Source: a virus
Length of the DNA stretch: 32,000 nt
Direction: 5' to 3' (one strand)
Virus record (IMG/VR): IMGVR_UViG_3300025141_000053
Span: 1 to 32,000 of that record
The notes below the pieces were generated by a model, which saw nothing but the letters and a program-made list of their open reading frames with translations, ran no database searches and was not told the origin of the DNA. Below, in pieces: positions 14,500-22,625 of the stretch (positions within the stretch are counted from its first letter, which is position 1; the number at the start of each line of letters is the position of its first letter). The translations under genes were made by a program, and so were the position numbers.

Positions 14500-14692
14500 A
14501 ACTTTTATTACAAACATAATTCCAACAATAGATCGTAGTATCTTTACAGATACTCAATATGAAAAATATGATAAAGATCTAACATGTCATTTCAAAAATG
14601 CCCAAGGAAATGAAGTTTTTAAATTAAGAATGCCAGTAAGCGAATGGCAGCAATTTTCCAAAGCAACAAGTGCTATGATTGATCATGAATAA
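14471..14692 (+). CDS. Small hypothetical protein
   Basis: 73-aa ORF. Several ATGs at 14471-14483, so the start is uncertain. Confidence 0.5.
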   Translation: MVMLMIKQDKTFITNIIPTIDRSIFTDTQYEKYDKDLTCHFKNAQGNEVFKLRMPVSEWQQFSKATSAMIDHE

Positions 14693-14846
14693 AAATTTAA
14701 AAGAAGATATTGAAAAGCAGATCAAGTGTGCGTTATGTAATAAAAAAAATGTAAAAATAAAATATTTCCCATTTTGTTCAGAAGAACACAAATTAATTGA
14801 TTTATATAATTGGCTAAATGACGAATATATAATTAAGGATTTATAA
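14685..14846 (+). CDS. yacG: YacG-like zinc-finger protein (DNA gyrase inhibitor family)
   Basis: 53-codon ORF absent from the track. Translation: MNKNLKEDIEKQIKCALCNKKNVKIKYFPFCSEEHKLIDLYNWLNDEYIIKDL. The pattern CxxC...PFCSxx(C/H)xxIDLxxWxxE matches YacG. ATG overlaps the upstream stop (ATGAATAA). Confidence 0.65.
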   Translation: MNKNLKEDIEKQIKCALCNKKNVKIKYFPFCSEEHKLIDLYNWLNDEYIIKDL

Positions 14847-15183
14847 TAAATGCCCCATATTTGGCAAGAACTGGGTTAGAATTACTAATGTCAGATTTTG
14901 CAGAACCATCCTCGTTCAAAACCCATGGATGTCTAGCATTTCCGCTTCTACATCCACATTGTTTGTCTGAACATAACATTCGAACAACATAAACAATTTT
15001 ATTATTTTGGTGCGTCATAGTATATACTTTTACTAATTCTAGTGGTTCGTGTGGGGGATATCCTTGTAACCATTTTGATTTACGACATTTGACATATTCA
15101 GGATTCCATCTTACTAAATGATGTATTAGTTTGTTTCTATTATATAAAGATAAGAGTTCTGGACCAGTAAGTATTTTAACCAT
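14833..15183 (-). CDS. Hypothetical Cys-containing protein; the only convincing minus-strand gene
   Basis: No + strand ORF covers 14847..15308. The minus-strand ATG at 15183 lies 6 nt after GAGGTG. The track GTG at 15192 sits inside that SD. The 3' end overlaps the 3' end of the yacG-like ORF by 14 nt. Confidence 0.6.
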   Translation of the reverse strand: MVKILTGPELLSLYNRNKLIHHLVRWNPEYVKCRKSKWLQGYPPHEPLELVKVYTMTHQNNKIVYVVRMLCSDKQCGCRSGNARHPWVLNEDGSAKSDISNSNPVLAKYGAFIINP

Positions 15184-15243
15184 GTATGGCACCTCACACT
15201 AATATGGACGCATATTAATAGAAGAAATTTTTAAAAGAAACTA

Positions 15244-15273
15244 TTGTCATAATTATTTTCAGACATATATTAT
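15244..15273 (+). promoter_or_regulatory. Candidate sigma70-type promoter for the guaC-like gene
   Basis: TTGTCA (15244-15249), an 18-nt spacer, then TATTAT (15268-15273), in the 116-nt divergent intergenic region. Sequence resemblance only. Confidence 0.25.
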
Positions 15274-15308
15274 GGTAAATAAAGAAAAAAGGAGATCAAT
15301 AAAGAACA

Positions 15309-16328
15309 ATGAATCCAACATATACATATAAGGATATATCTTTGGTGCCACGGAAATTATCCAAAATACACAGTCGTGATGATGTTGATTTGTCACAGGA
15401 AATTAAAAATCTGGCGGGAAGAGTTAAGTTTAAAATTTCATTGCCTGTTATTCCATCTCCAATGGAAACAATAGCAACACAAGAAATGTGTAAGAAGTTA
15501 GATAATTTTGGTATGTGGAGCACAATTCACAGGTTTCAGAGTTTCGAAAATAGATTAGCAATTGCAACTGACTCAGGTTTTAAAACGCCACCTTTAGTAT
15601 CTGTTGGAGTCGGAGACGAAGAGTTAGATAATATTTCTAGACTAATAGAAGGAAGTGTTAAAAATTTTAATATTGATATTGCTAATGGGTTTAATACAAT
15701 TATAGAATCAACTATTAGTCACATCATGTCTAGATGTCCTGATGCTTTTATTATGTGTGGAAATGTTGCATCAGCAGAGGGATTTAAATACTTAGCAAAT
15801 CTTGGGGTTGATTGTGTCAGAGTTGGCATTGGAAATGGTTCTGTCTGCTCAACTTCAATTAATACTGGTGTTGGCCAAGGAATTGCTTCTGCACTGGGTG
15901 AATGTGTCGAGGTAAGAAAGAATATTGGACTTGAATCTACTATGGTATTAGCTGATGGTGGATTATCAAATCCCGGTGATGTTGTGAAGGCAGTTGCTAT
16001 TGGCGCAGATCTTGTAATGACAGGAACTTTATTTGCAGGAACTAAAGAATCTGGTGGAGATGTGGTAGTATATAATAATGAAAAACATAAAATATACAGA
16101 GGATCTGCTTCTTACGCTGCTCAACATAAGTCTTCTGGTAAGGCACCAAAATATATTGAGGGTGGTGAAACTTTAGTAAAATATAAACCAGGTGGAGCCG
16201 AAGGCGTTGTACAGAAAATTGAAGCTGGAATGAGAAGTGCTTTGAGTTATATGGGCGCAAAGAATCTAACAGAACTTCGAGAAAATGCTGATTTTGTATG
16301 CTACCATCTTGACCAAAAGTTATTTTAG
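15309..16328 (+). CDS. guaC: GMP reductase-like enzyme (IMPDH/GMPR family, no CBS insert)
   Basis: N-terminus YKDISLVPRKLSKIHSRDDVDL. Catalytic-Cys loop GIGNGSVCSTSINTGVGQG. Also ADGGLSNPGDVVKA and GSASY. The length of 339 aa is typical of GuaC. Confidence 0.75.
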   Translation: MNPTYTYKDISLVPRKLSKIHSRDDVDLSQEIKNLAGRVKFKISLPVIPSPMETIATQEMCKKLDNFGMWSTIHRFQSFENRLAIATDSGFKTPPLVSVGVGDEELDNISRLIEGSVKNFNIDIANGFNTIIESTISHIMSRCPDAFIMCGNVASAEGFKYLANLGVDCVRVGIGNGSVCSTSINTGVGQGIASALGECVEVRKNIGLESTMVLADGGLSNPGDVVKAVAIGADLVMTGTLFAGTKESGGDVVVYNNEKHKIYRGSASYAAQHKSSGKAPKYIEGGETLVKYKPGGAEGVVQKIEAGMRSALSYMGAKNLTELRENADFVCYHLDQKLF

Positions 16329-16339
16329 GTAGGAGGACA

Positions 16340-16543
16340 ATGACGAAGACAGATTACAAAAGAATTATAAATAAGTTAAATAAAAAACTTACAGAAAAAT
16401 TAGAGTTAATACGAAAAAAAAGAGATGCTCAAGAAGCGGCAAAAAAAGATATTAGGAAGATGATGGAGGCAGACCCTCGTAAAAGACTAATTGAAAGTTC
16501 TGCTGAAGAATACCGAAAAGAAGTTAGGGAAAATGATAAATAA
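16340..16543 (+). CDS. Small basic helical protein (hypothetical)
   Basis: 67-aa ORF. SD AGGAGGA upstream. Lys/Arg/Glu-rich. Confidence 0.55.
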   Translation: MTKTDYKRIINKLNKKLTEKLELIRKKRDAQEAAKKDIRKMMEADPRKRLIESSAEEYRKEVRENDK

Positions 16544-16554
16544 TAAGGAGATGA

Positions 16555-17703
16555 ATGAACAGATTTATAAGTTTATTTTCTGGGGCTGGAGGTCTTGATA
16601 TTGGTTTTATAAGAGCAGGTTGGATGCCATTATTATTTACAGACTCATGGAAACCAGCAACGGACACATTAATTAAAAACCACCCAAAAATACCAACAAT
16701 AAATAAAGACATTAAAGATATTCCCAACGATTTTTTCTCTAAATTTAAAGATATAGATATTATAATTGGTGGGCCTCCATGCCAGCCTTTCTCAAGATTG
16801 AATCAGAATCAATTATTTGAAGATGGGTCTGAAACTGAAATCAACATGAATGATCCTCGTAGAAGTTTATTTATGGAATTTTTAAGGGTTGTAAGTTTAG
16901 TAAAGCCAAAATCTATGCTTATTGAAAATGTTGCCGACTTAGCAACAAGAAAACTTGGAGCAAAAGATAAAGATATCTTAATAAAAGATGTTATTATTGA
17001 CGAAATGGAAAAGGCGGGATATAAAACTAGATGTTTTCTTATTAATTCAGTAAATTATAATGTTCCGCAAAAAAGAAAAAGGATATTTTTTATCGGAATA
17101 AGAAATGATTTAGAAATAACTCCAACTTTGCCAGATACAGTTGAAATAAAAACTTCTGTAATTAGAGAATTGAAAAAAATACAAATAACAAATCCAAATC
17201 AAAGGAAGAAAAATCATTCTTCTGCTTGGATTGAAAAGGCAAAATTAATTCCTCAGGGTGGATATTATAATAATCTGCCAATTGAATACAAGAAACTTAA
17301 AGAAGTAGATTCTGTATTTATAAGAGAAGCAGTTATTCAGAAGGGATACTGTATCAAAATGGGTGATAAATATTATGAAGGAAAGTTGCCAGATGTGTTT
17401 GAAACTCAACTCCATATTGGGAGTGGCAATTATAAATGTTATAAAATTATGCCTAGAATGGGAACATATTTTCGTAGAATAAAGGAAGATATTTCTCATA
17501 CTATTACTAGAAATCCTTTAATACATCCAAATAAAGATAGGGAAATGACTGTTAGAGAAAAAGCATGTATTCAAACTTTCCCAGTCAATTATGAATTTTG
17601 TGGATCAGTTTCTGATCAGCATATATTAGTTGGGAATGCCGTTCCAGTTAATCTTGGAGAGTATTTTGCCAAGCATATTGGGGAGGTTTTGAAACTTGTT
17701 TAA
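16555..17703 (+). CDS. DNA (cytosine-5)-methyltransferase (candidate M subunit of a type II R-M pair)
   Basis: C5-MTase motifs are present: I (SLFSGAGGLDIGF), IV (GGPPCQPFS), VI (IENVADL), VIII (QKRKRIFFIG) and X (GNAVPV). Confidence 0.9.
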   Translation: MNRFISLFSGAGGLDIGFIRAGWMPLLFTDSWKPATDTLIKNHPKIPTINKDIKDIPNDFFSKFKDIDIIIGGPPCQPFSRLNQNQLFEDGSETEINMNDPRRSLFMEFLRVVSLVKPKSMLIENVADLATRKLGAKDKDILIKDVIIDEMEKAGYKTRCFLINSVNYNVPQKRKRIFFIGIRNDLEITPTLPDTVEIKTSVIRELKKIQITNPNQRKKNHSSAWIEKAKLIPQGGYYNNLPIEYKKLKEVDSVFIREAVIQKGYCIKMGDKYYEGKLPDVFETQLHIGSGNYKCYKIMPRMGTYFRRIKEDISHTITRNPLIHPNKDREMTVREKACIQTFPVNYEFCGSVSDQHILVGNAVPVNLGEYFAKHIGEVLKLV

Positions 17704-18343
17704 TCTAAGAGAAGAAATAAAACAATCAAATATTACTATATATAGCAAATATTCTGATGAATGTCCATTTTCAAAAGAAATTCATGATATAATGTGTCTT
17801 TTGAATTCCGACTTATTAGAAATATTAAGTAAAGAGCCTCCAGATGATTACAAAGGTGGGCGAGGTGGAAATACAAATTATGCTGAAGAAATTTTAAAAG
17901 AATCTATTGGAACATTAGATAATGTTGTTACAGATCCAAATGGCTCACAGAAAAAACCAGATGTTCTTATTAATGGAGAAGCTCTTGAACTAAAGACGGT
18001 CAAGAAAGGTTCTTTTGCTTTTAATGATTCATTGCCAGATAAAATATTATATATGTTATTAGCAAGACATAATAAAAAATATATAATAACACCTGGTGAT
18101 TGTTTGTTAGATAGTATGGATAGTGAGCAGATATCTGAGGTTGTTGATATTGTAAAATCTGCCAGAAAAGTTGGTAAGGGTAACAAAGAATCCATTGCTT
18201 ATTTTTATCCAAGAATTAATCTATTCATAAAAAATGTAATTAAATATGCTCCATGTAGTGGTTATTATGAGTGGGAATATGGAACTATTTGGGTTCCAAA
18301 AAGTGTGTTTAATGGAATAAATAGTTTATATACGGAGAAATAA
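17696..18343 (+). CDS. PD-(D/E)XK-motif protein, candidate type II restriction endonuclease
   Basis: The TTG start, 9 nt after GGGGAGG, overlaps the MTase stop by 8 nt. KKPDVLINGEALELKTV gives D89-x8-E98-x-K100. No other homology recognised. Confidence 0.5.
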   Translation: MFNLREEIKQSNITIYSKYSDECPFSKEIHDIMCLLNSDLLEILSKEPPDDYKGGRGGNTNYAEEILKESIGTLDNVVTDPNGSQKKPDVLINGEALELKTVKKGSFAFNDSLPDKILYMLLARHNKKYIITPGDCLLDSMDSEQISEVVDIVKSARKVGKGNKESIAYFYPRINLFIKNVIKYAPCSGYYEWEYGTIWVPKSVFNGINSLYTEK

Positions 18344-18615
18344 TGTTTGATTTTAAGGTTGATAATAAAAGAAAAAAAAATCAGGGGATGATAAAAAGAC
18401 TTGCTGCGAAAATTGTAGCAGAGATGTTTGCTGAAAGTGAGAGCATGTCTTGGCAAGCCAATGGTGATATAAATTGGAATGATGTAACTACAGCAGATAT
18501 TCAAGTGCCCAAAGAACAGATAATTCAGTTTATATTAAGTAAGGCCGGTTATAGTTGTTCTAACGATGATATTAAAAAGGAATTAGATGAAGCCAATAGA
18601 GAGAATAGGTTCTAA
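18343..18615 (+). CDS. Hypothetical protein
   Basis: 90-aa ORF. ATG overlaps the upstream stop (TAATG). Confidence 0.55.
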   Translation: MFDFKVDNKRKKNQGMIKRLAAKIVAEMFAESESMSWQANGDINWNDVTTADIQVPKEQIIQFILSKAGYSCSNDDIKKELDEANRENRF

Positions 18616-19051
18616 TGAGTTAAGAGATCAGCAATTAAAAGAAGCCGTAGAATATCAAAAACAAGTAAATAAGAAAATAGCAGATCATTTTAAGGAACTA
18701 GATAAGACTTTACTTCCAGAAAAAGATATTCTGGAAAATGAAAATCCTAATTTGAGACTTGTTTGTTTCTGGTCAAAAAAGATTAATGATGAGAGTAAAT
18801 TGCCTTGGCCAAGACAAGATATGTTTATGGGCAACAATGAAGAATTAGAAAAAGTTGCTACTTATCTTGATAGTGGTAAAGAAATTGCTAAATATATGGA
18901 TCATGCTTTTTGTAAATTATGTGGAGAAGGATTAGGAGCAACTGATTGTTCAGATGGAACATATGTTTGGCCTTCGCAGTGTTCTCATTATTTAAGAGCA
19001 CATAGGATTTTCCTGCCAGAAGGTTTTATGAACCACGTACTTGGAGGATAA
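18587..19051 (+). CDS. Hypothetical Cys/His-containing protein
   Basis: 154-aa ORF. ATG 4 nt after AAGGAA. The C-terminal motif is CKLCGEG...YVWPSQCSHYLRAHRIFLPEGF. Confidence 0.55.
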   Translation: MKPIERIGSNELRDQQLKEAVEYQKQVNKKIADHFKELDKTLLPEKDILENENPNLRLVCFWSKKINDESKLPWPRQDMFMGNNEELEKVATYLDSGKEIAKYMDHAFCKLCGEGLGATDCSDGTYVWPSQCSHYLRAHRIFLPEGFMNHVLGG

Positions 19052-19052
19052 T

Positions 19053-21080
19053 TTGGTAAAAAAGAAAAAGAAAGAATATGAAAGTATAGAAATTTTAAAA
19101 GGTCCAGAAAGCATTCGCAACAATCTTGGCATGTATGCTGGCAGCAAAGATCATGCGTTAAATCATATGATCTTAGAGTGTCTTGATAATTCCATTGATG
19201 AGAATATGGCTGGTCATTGTAATAAAATAATTATCCATTTTTTAAAAGATGGATCTGTTTTAGTTCAAGATAATGGACGTGGAATTCCTGTAAAACATAT
19301 GAAAGAAGAAGGGAAATCATCTTTAGAGGCTGTTTTTACCGATCATCACTCTGGAGGAAAATTTAACAGCGACAATTATCAATATTCTGGCGGATTACAT
19401 GGGATTGGTCTTTGTTTAGTTAATGCTTTATCAGAATGGCTAAAAGTTATTATTTATCGTGATGGACATGAACATTTATTAAATTTTAAAAATGGATATG
19501 TTTCAAAAAAGTTATTAAAAAAGAAGTTGAAGAAAAATAGAACTGGAACTTTAATTCATTTTATGCCCGATAAAGCATTCTTTAAGGGTTATAAAATTTT
19601 AGTTGATAAAATACATAATAAGGCAAAAGAAATATCTTATTTGTGTAATAATCTCGATATTGTAGTTGTTGATGATAAAGTTGATAAGAAAACATTATAT
19701 AATGGAAAGAAAAATAATATTGGAAACTATGTCGAACACATAGCAACAGATTTACTAAAAACTAACTTATTAGATAAGCCTATTACCATTAAAGGTAAGA
19801 AAGATGGCGTCGAAATTGATATAGGATTACAATGGTCTGATGATTTTACAGAAGAGTTCAGATGTTATACTAATAATATCCCAAATCCTGATGGTGGAAC
19901 TCATTTGGCTGGGTTTAGATCTGGTCTTACAAGAACTTTTACTTGGTTTTTAAAGACATTTGAGGTCAAGCAAAAAATTAAACTCACAAGTGATGATATT
20001 AGAGAAGGATTAGTATATGTAATTAATGTACGACATCCACGCCCAAGTTTTTCATCACAAACCAAAGAGAAGTTAGTTTCTGAAGATGTTAGAAGCATAA
20101 TTGAATCAATTACAACAGATAAATTTAAAGATTATTGCGAGAACAATTCAGCAGAAATAAAAAAGATAATTAAGAAAGCAACTTCTGCCGCGAAAGCCAG
20201 AGATGCTGCTAGAAAAGCAAAAGAGTTGGAGCGAAAGAAGGGCGACTTTGGTGTTGGCGGATTGGTGGGAAAATTAGCAGACTGTCAAGAAAAAGATCCC
20301 AGAAAATGTGAGATCTTTATTGTCGAGGGTGATTCTGCTGGAGGTTCTGCTAAGCAGGGAAGAGATAGAAAGACGCAGGCGATTTTGCCATTAAGAGGAA
20401 AAGTTCTTAATGTTGAGAAAAATGATTTTAAAAAGATGCTTGAAAATAAAGAATTGGTTACATTAGTAACTGCTCTCGGAGTTGGAATTGGTCCAACTTT
20501 AAAACCTGATAGATTGAGATATGGTAGAGTAATTATTTTTACTGACTCTGATGTCGATGGTTCTCACATTAGAACTTTACTTTTAACATTCTTTTACAGA
20601 CAAATGCCGCAACTTATGTTTAATGGTAATATTTATATTGCTCAACCCCCTTTATATAGAATTGTATATAAGGGTAAAACTGTTTATCTAAAAGATGACA
20701 GAGAAAAAGAAAGTTTTGAGCAACAATTGTTAGCAAAATATAACATACGAAAATTAAAAAGAAGAACAAAGAAAGCATTATACAAGGCAACTGTTGCTGG
20801 AAAAGATATTGACTTAAAAGATGAAGATGCCAAGAAAGAATTTATATTTCAAAAACTCAAGGGAATGAAACTACAAAGATTTAAGGGATTGGGAGAAATG
20901 AATCCTGATCAACTTTGGGAAACAGCAATGAATCCTAATACTAGAAATTTGTTAAAGGTAGAGATTAATAATATAGCAGAGGCTGATAAAATGTTTAGTA
21001 TCCTTATGTCTTCTGACACTGATGCTAGAAGAAATTTTATAATAGGTCATTCTAGTATTGTAAAAAATCTTGACATATAG
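19053..21080 (+). CDS. gyrB: Type IIA topoisomerase ATPase/Toprim subunit (GyrB/ParE-like)
   Basis: GHKL motifs are present: LDNSIDE, GRGIPV, SGGLHGIGLCLVNALS and HSGGKF. Toprim motifs EIFIVEGDSAGGSAKQGRDRKTQAILPLRGKVLNVEK and IIFTDSDVDGSHIRTLLLTFFYR are present. PPLYR and QRFKGLGEMNPDQLWETAMNP are also found. TTG at 19053 follows GGAGGA. The track TTG at 19041 has no SD. Confidence 0.9.
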   Translation: MVKKKKKEYESIEILKGPESIRNNLGMYAGSKDHALNHMILECLDNSIDENMAGHCNKIIIHFLKDGSVLVQDNGRGIPVKHMKEEGKSSLEAVFTDHHSGGKFNSDNYQYSGGLHGIGLCLVNALSEWLKVIIYRDGHEHLLNFKNGYVSKKLLKKKLKKNRTGTLIHFMPDKAFFKGYKILVDKIHNKAKEISYLCNNLDIVVVDDKVDKKTLYNGKKNNIGNYVEHIATDLLKTNLLDKPITIKGKKDGVEIDIGLQWSDDFTEEFRCYTNNIPNPDGGTHLAGFRSGLTRTFTWFLKTFEVKQKIKLTSDDIREGLVYVINVRHPRPSFSSQTKEKLVSEDVRSIIESITTDKFKDYCENNSAEIKKIIKKATSAAKARDAARKAKELERKKGDFGVGGLVGKLADCQEKDPRKCEIFIVEGDSAGGSAKQGRDRKTQAILPLRGKVLNVEKNDFKKMLENKELVTLVTALGVGIGPTLKPDRLRYGRVIIFTDSDVDGSHIRTLLLTFFYRQMPQLMFNGNIYIAQPPLYRIVYKGKTVYLKDDREKESFEQQLLAKYNIRKLKRRTKKALYKATVAGKDIDLKDEDAKKEFIFQKLKGMKLQRFKGLGEMNPDQLWETAMNPNTRNLLKVEINNIAEADKMFSILMSSDTDARRNFIIGHSSIVKNLDI

Positions 21081-21088
21081 GAGAAATT

Positions 21089-21847
21089 ATGGGAAGAGGG
21101 CCGAGCTGGACAAAAGAAGAGGATCGGATTCTAAAAGATTGCTGGACAAAGGGAGAAACAAGAGCTGATAGAATGGCATTGGTCGAAGACAATTTATCAA
21201 ACAGAACTGTTGTTGCTGCCATGCAAAGGATGAGTATTTTGTTTGGCAAAAAACCAAAGATAGTTATAAAAAGAGGTTCTCCTCGTAAATTAAAAATGAA
21301 AAGAGGGAAATATTCTGTTAAAGAGTTGGACATATTATATGATTGTTGGAAAGATGGTGTTACAAAAGCAAAAACCATTGAACTAATTAAAAAAGATTTA
21401 CCTAGAAGAACTTCTGCTTCTGCTTATCAGCAAATATATACGTTAACAAGAGAAAATCCTAGATGGAAAAAGTTAGCAACTCGTAGAAAAAATGTAAAAG
21501 ATCAGAAAAAGAAAGAACTAGAAAAACAACGCGAGCAAAGAAAAAAGACTAGAGAGCAAAAGAAAAAAGATCGAAGGAAAAAGACTAGATTACTTTCTAA
21601 AAAAGAATATATTACAGATAATTTATCAACCAATCATGTTGAAAAAATACAAGACATGATGGATTTAGAGTTTTTCTTCTGCCATAAACAAAAATCTTTT
21701 ACGACAAATATAGCATGTATTTTTAGAAAATTTTCTAAAACAGATGAGTATGGATTTAGATTTACTGGAGTTTGTGACAAATGTAGAAAATTTGATGAAT
21801 TTATAGATCCAATACATAAAATGCTTAAAGGAGAAAGTAAAAAATGA
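21089..21847 (+). CDS. Double Myb/SANT-like HTH protein with basic linker and C-terminal Cys/His cluster
   Basis: Two repeats are present: WTKEEDRILKDCWTKG...LSNRTVVAAMQRMSIL and YSVKELDILYDCWKDG...LPRRTSASAYQQIYTL. They are followed by a K/R-rich tract and CHK...C...CDKC. Confidence 0.6.
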   Translation: MGRGPSWTKEEDRILKDCWTKGETRADRMALVEDNLSNRTVVAAMQRMSILFGKKPKIVIKRGSPRKLKMKRGKYSVKELDILYDCWKDGVTKAKTIELIKKDLPRRTSASAYQQIYTLTRENPRWKKLATRRKNVKDQKKKELEKQREQRKKTREQKKKDRRKKTRLLSKKEYITDNLSTNHVEKIQDMMDLEFFFCHKQKSFTTNIACIFRKFSKTDEYGFRFTGVCDKCRKFDEFIDPIHKMLKGESKK

Positions 21848-22404
21848 GTGAGTTTGACCCTAATTCTAAATTGGCCAAAGTGCCCAATATTAATAAACAA
21901 ATAAATAATGTTGTTCTAAAAGAGAAACCAAAAGAGCAGCCAAGAGTAATTCCTGATGTTCCAGCGCCCAAAGAAACACTTTCTCCATCAGAAGAAAGCA
22001 TTCGAATAGAGCAAAAATTAATAAGATTAAGAGAACAGATGAATTCTAAAATGCGAGAATTCAATAACTTATTTAAGCTCAAGGTATTAAATGAAAATAA
22101 GACAGAAAATAGTAGAAAGCAAGAGTCTATTATTTTTACTGATTTGATAAATAATTTTAACAGACTAAATGAACTTAGCCCAGATGAGGGAACTATTACT
22201 CTAATAGTTCTTTGTTTAAGACATCTTCTTTCATTAAAGGATGCTGGTAATGATTTAGCTTATCAAATTTATGTTTTAGAAAAAGAAGTATTTGGTGAGG
22301 CTACAGAAGATAGAGCAAGAAAAGAAGATATTATGAAGAAGAAAGAGAAACTTCAAAAATTACAAGAAGCGTTGGATGAAGAACTAAAGGGGCTGGAGGA
22401 ATAA
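21844..22404 (+). CDS. Hypothetical helical/coiled-coil protein
   Basis: 186-aa ORF. ATGA overlap with the upstream stop. Confidence 0.6.
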   Translation: MSEFDPNSKLAKVPNINKQINNVVLKEKPKEQPRVIPDVPAPKETLSPSEESIRIEQKLIRLREQMNSKMREFNNLFKLKVLNENKTENSRKQESIIFTDLINNFNRLNELSPDEGTITLIVLCLRHLLSLKDAGNDLAYQIYVLEKEVFGEATEDRARKEDIMKKKEKLQKLQEALDEELKGLEE

Positions 22405-22625
22405 TGGATACGAAAGGAATAATTTTTCGTGAATATGACAAGTATAGACGTTCTATGTTAGATTTTCAAGAGCAACATCAAATTATATTTGGTGACAAAA
22501 GCAAATCTTGTGATATTATATTAGAAAATGTACATCATTTCGTTAGTGTACTTATAAATAAAATAAATGAGGAATATGAAGAAGAAAGAGGAGATCAACA
22601 AATTACTGAGGAGCCTGGGAGTTAA
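22404..22625 (+). CDS. Small hypothetical protein
   Basis: 73-aa ORF. TAATG junction with the upstream gene. Confidence 0.5.
   Translation: MDTKGIIFREYDKYRRSMLDFQEQHQIIFGDKSKSCDIILENVHHFVSVLINKINEEYEEERGDQQITEEPGS

Noticed and set aside
21480-21600. Repetitive AAAAAGA/AAGAAA-rich DNA that looks like a short tandem repeat.
   Set aside because: It is in frame within the Myb-like gene and encodes a Lys/Arg/Glu-rich linker (KKKELEKQREQRKKTREQKKKDRRKKTR). This is low-complexity coding sequence, not a repeat element or CRISPR-like array.
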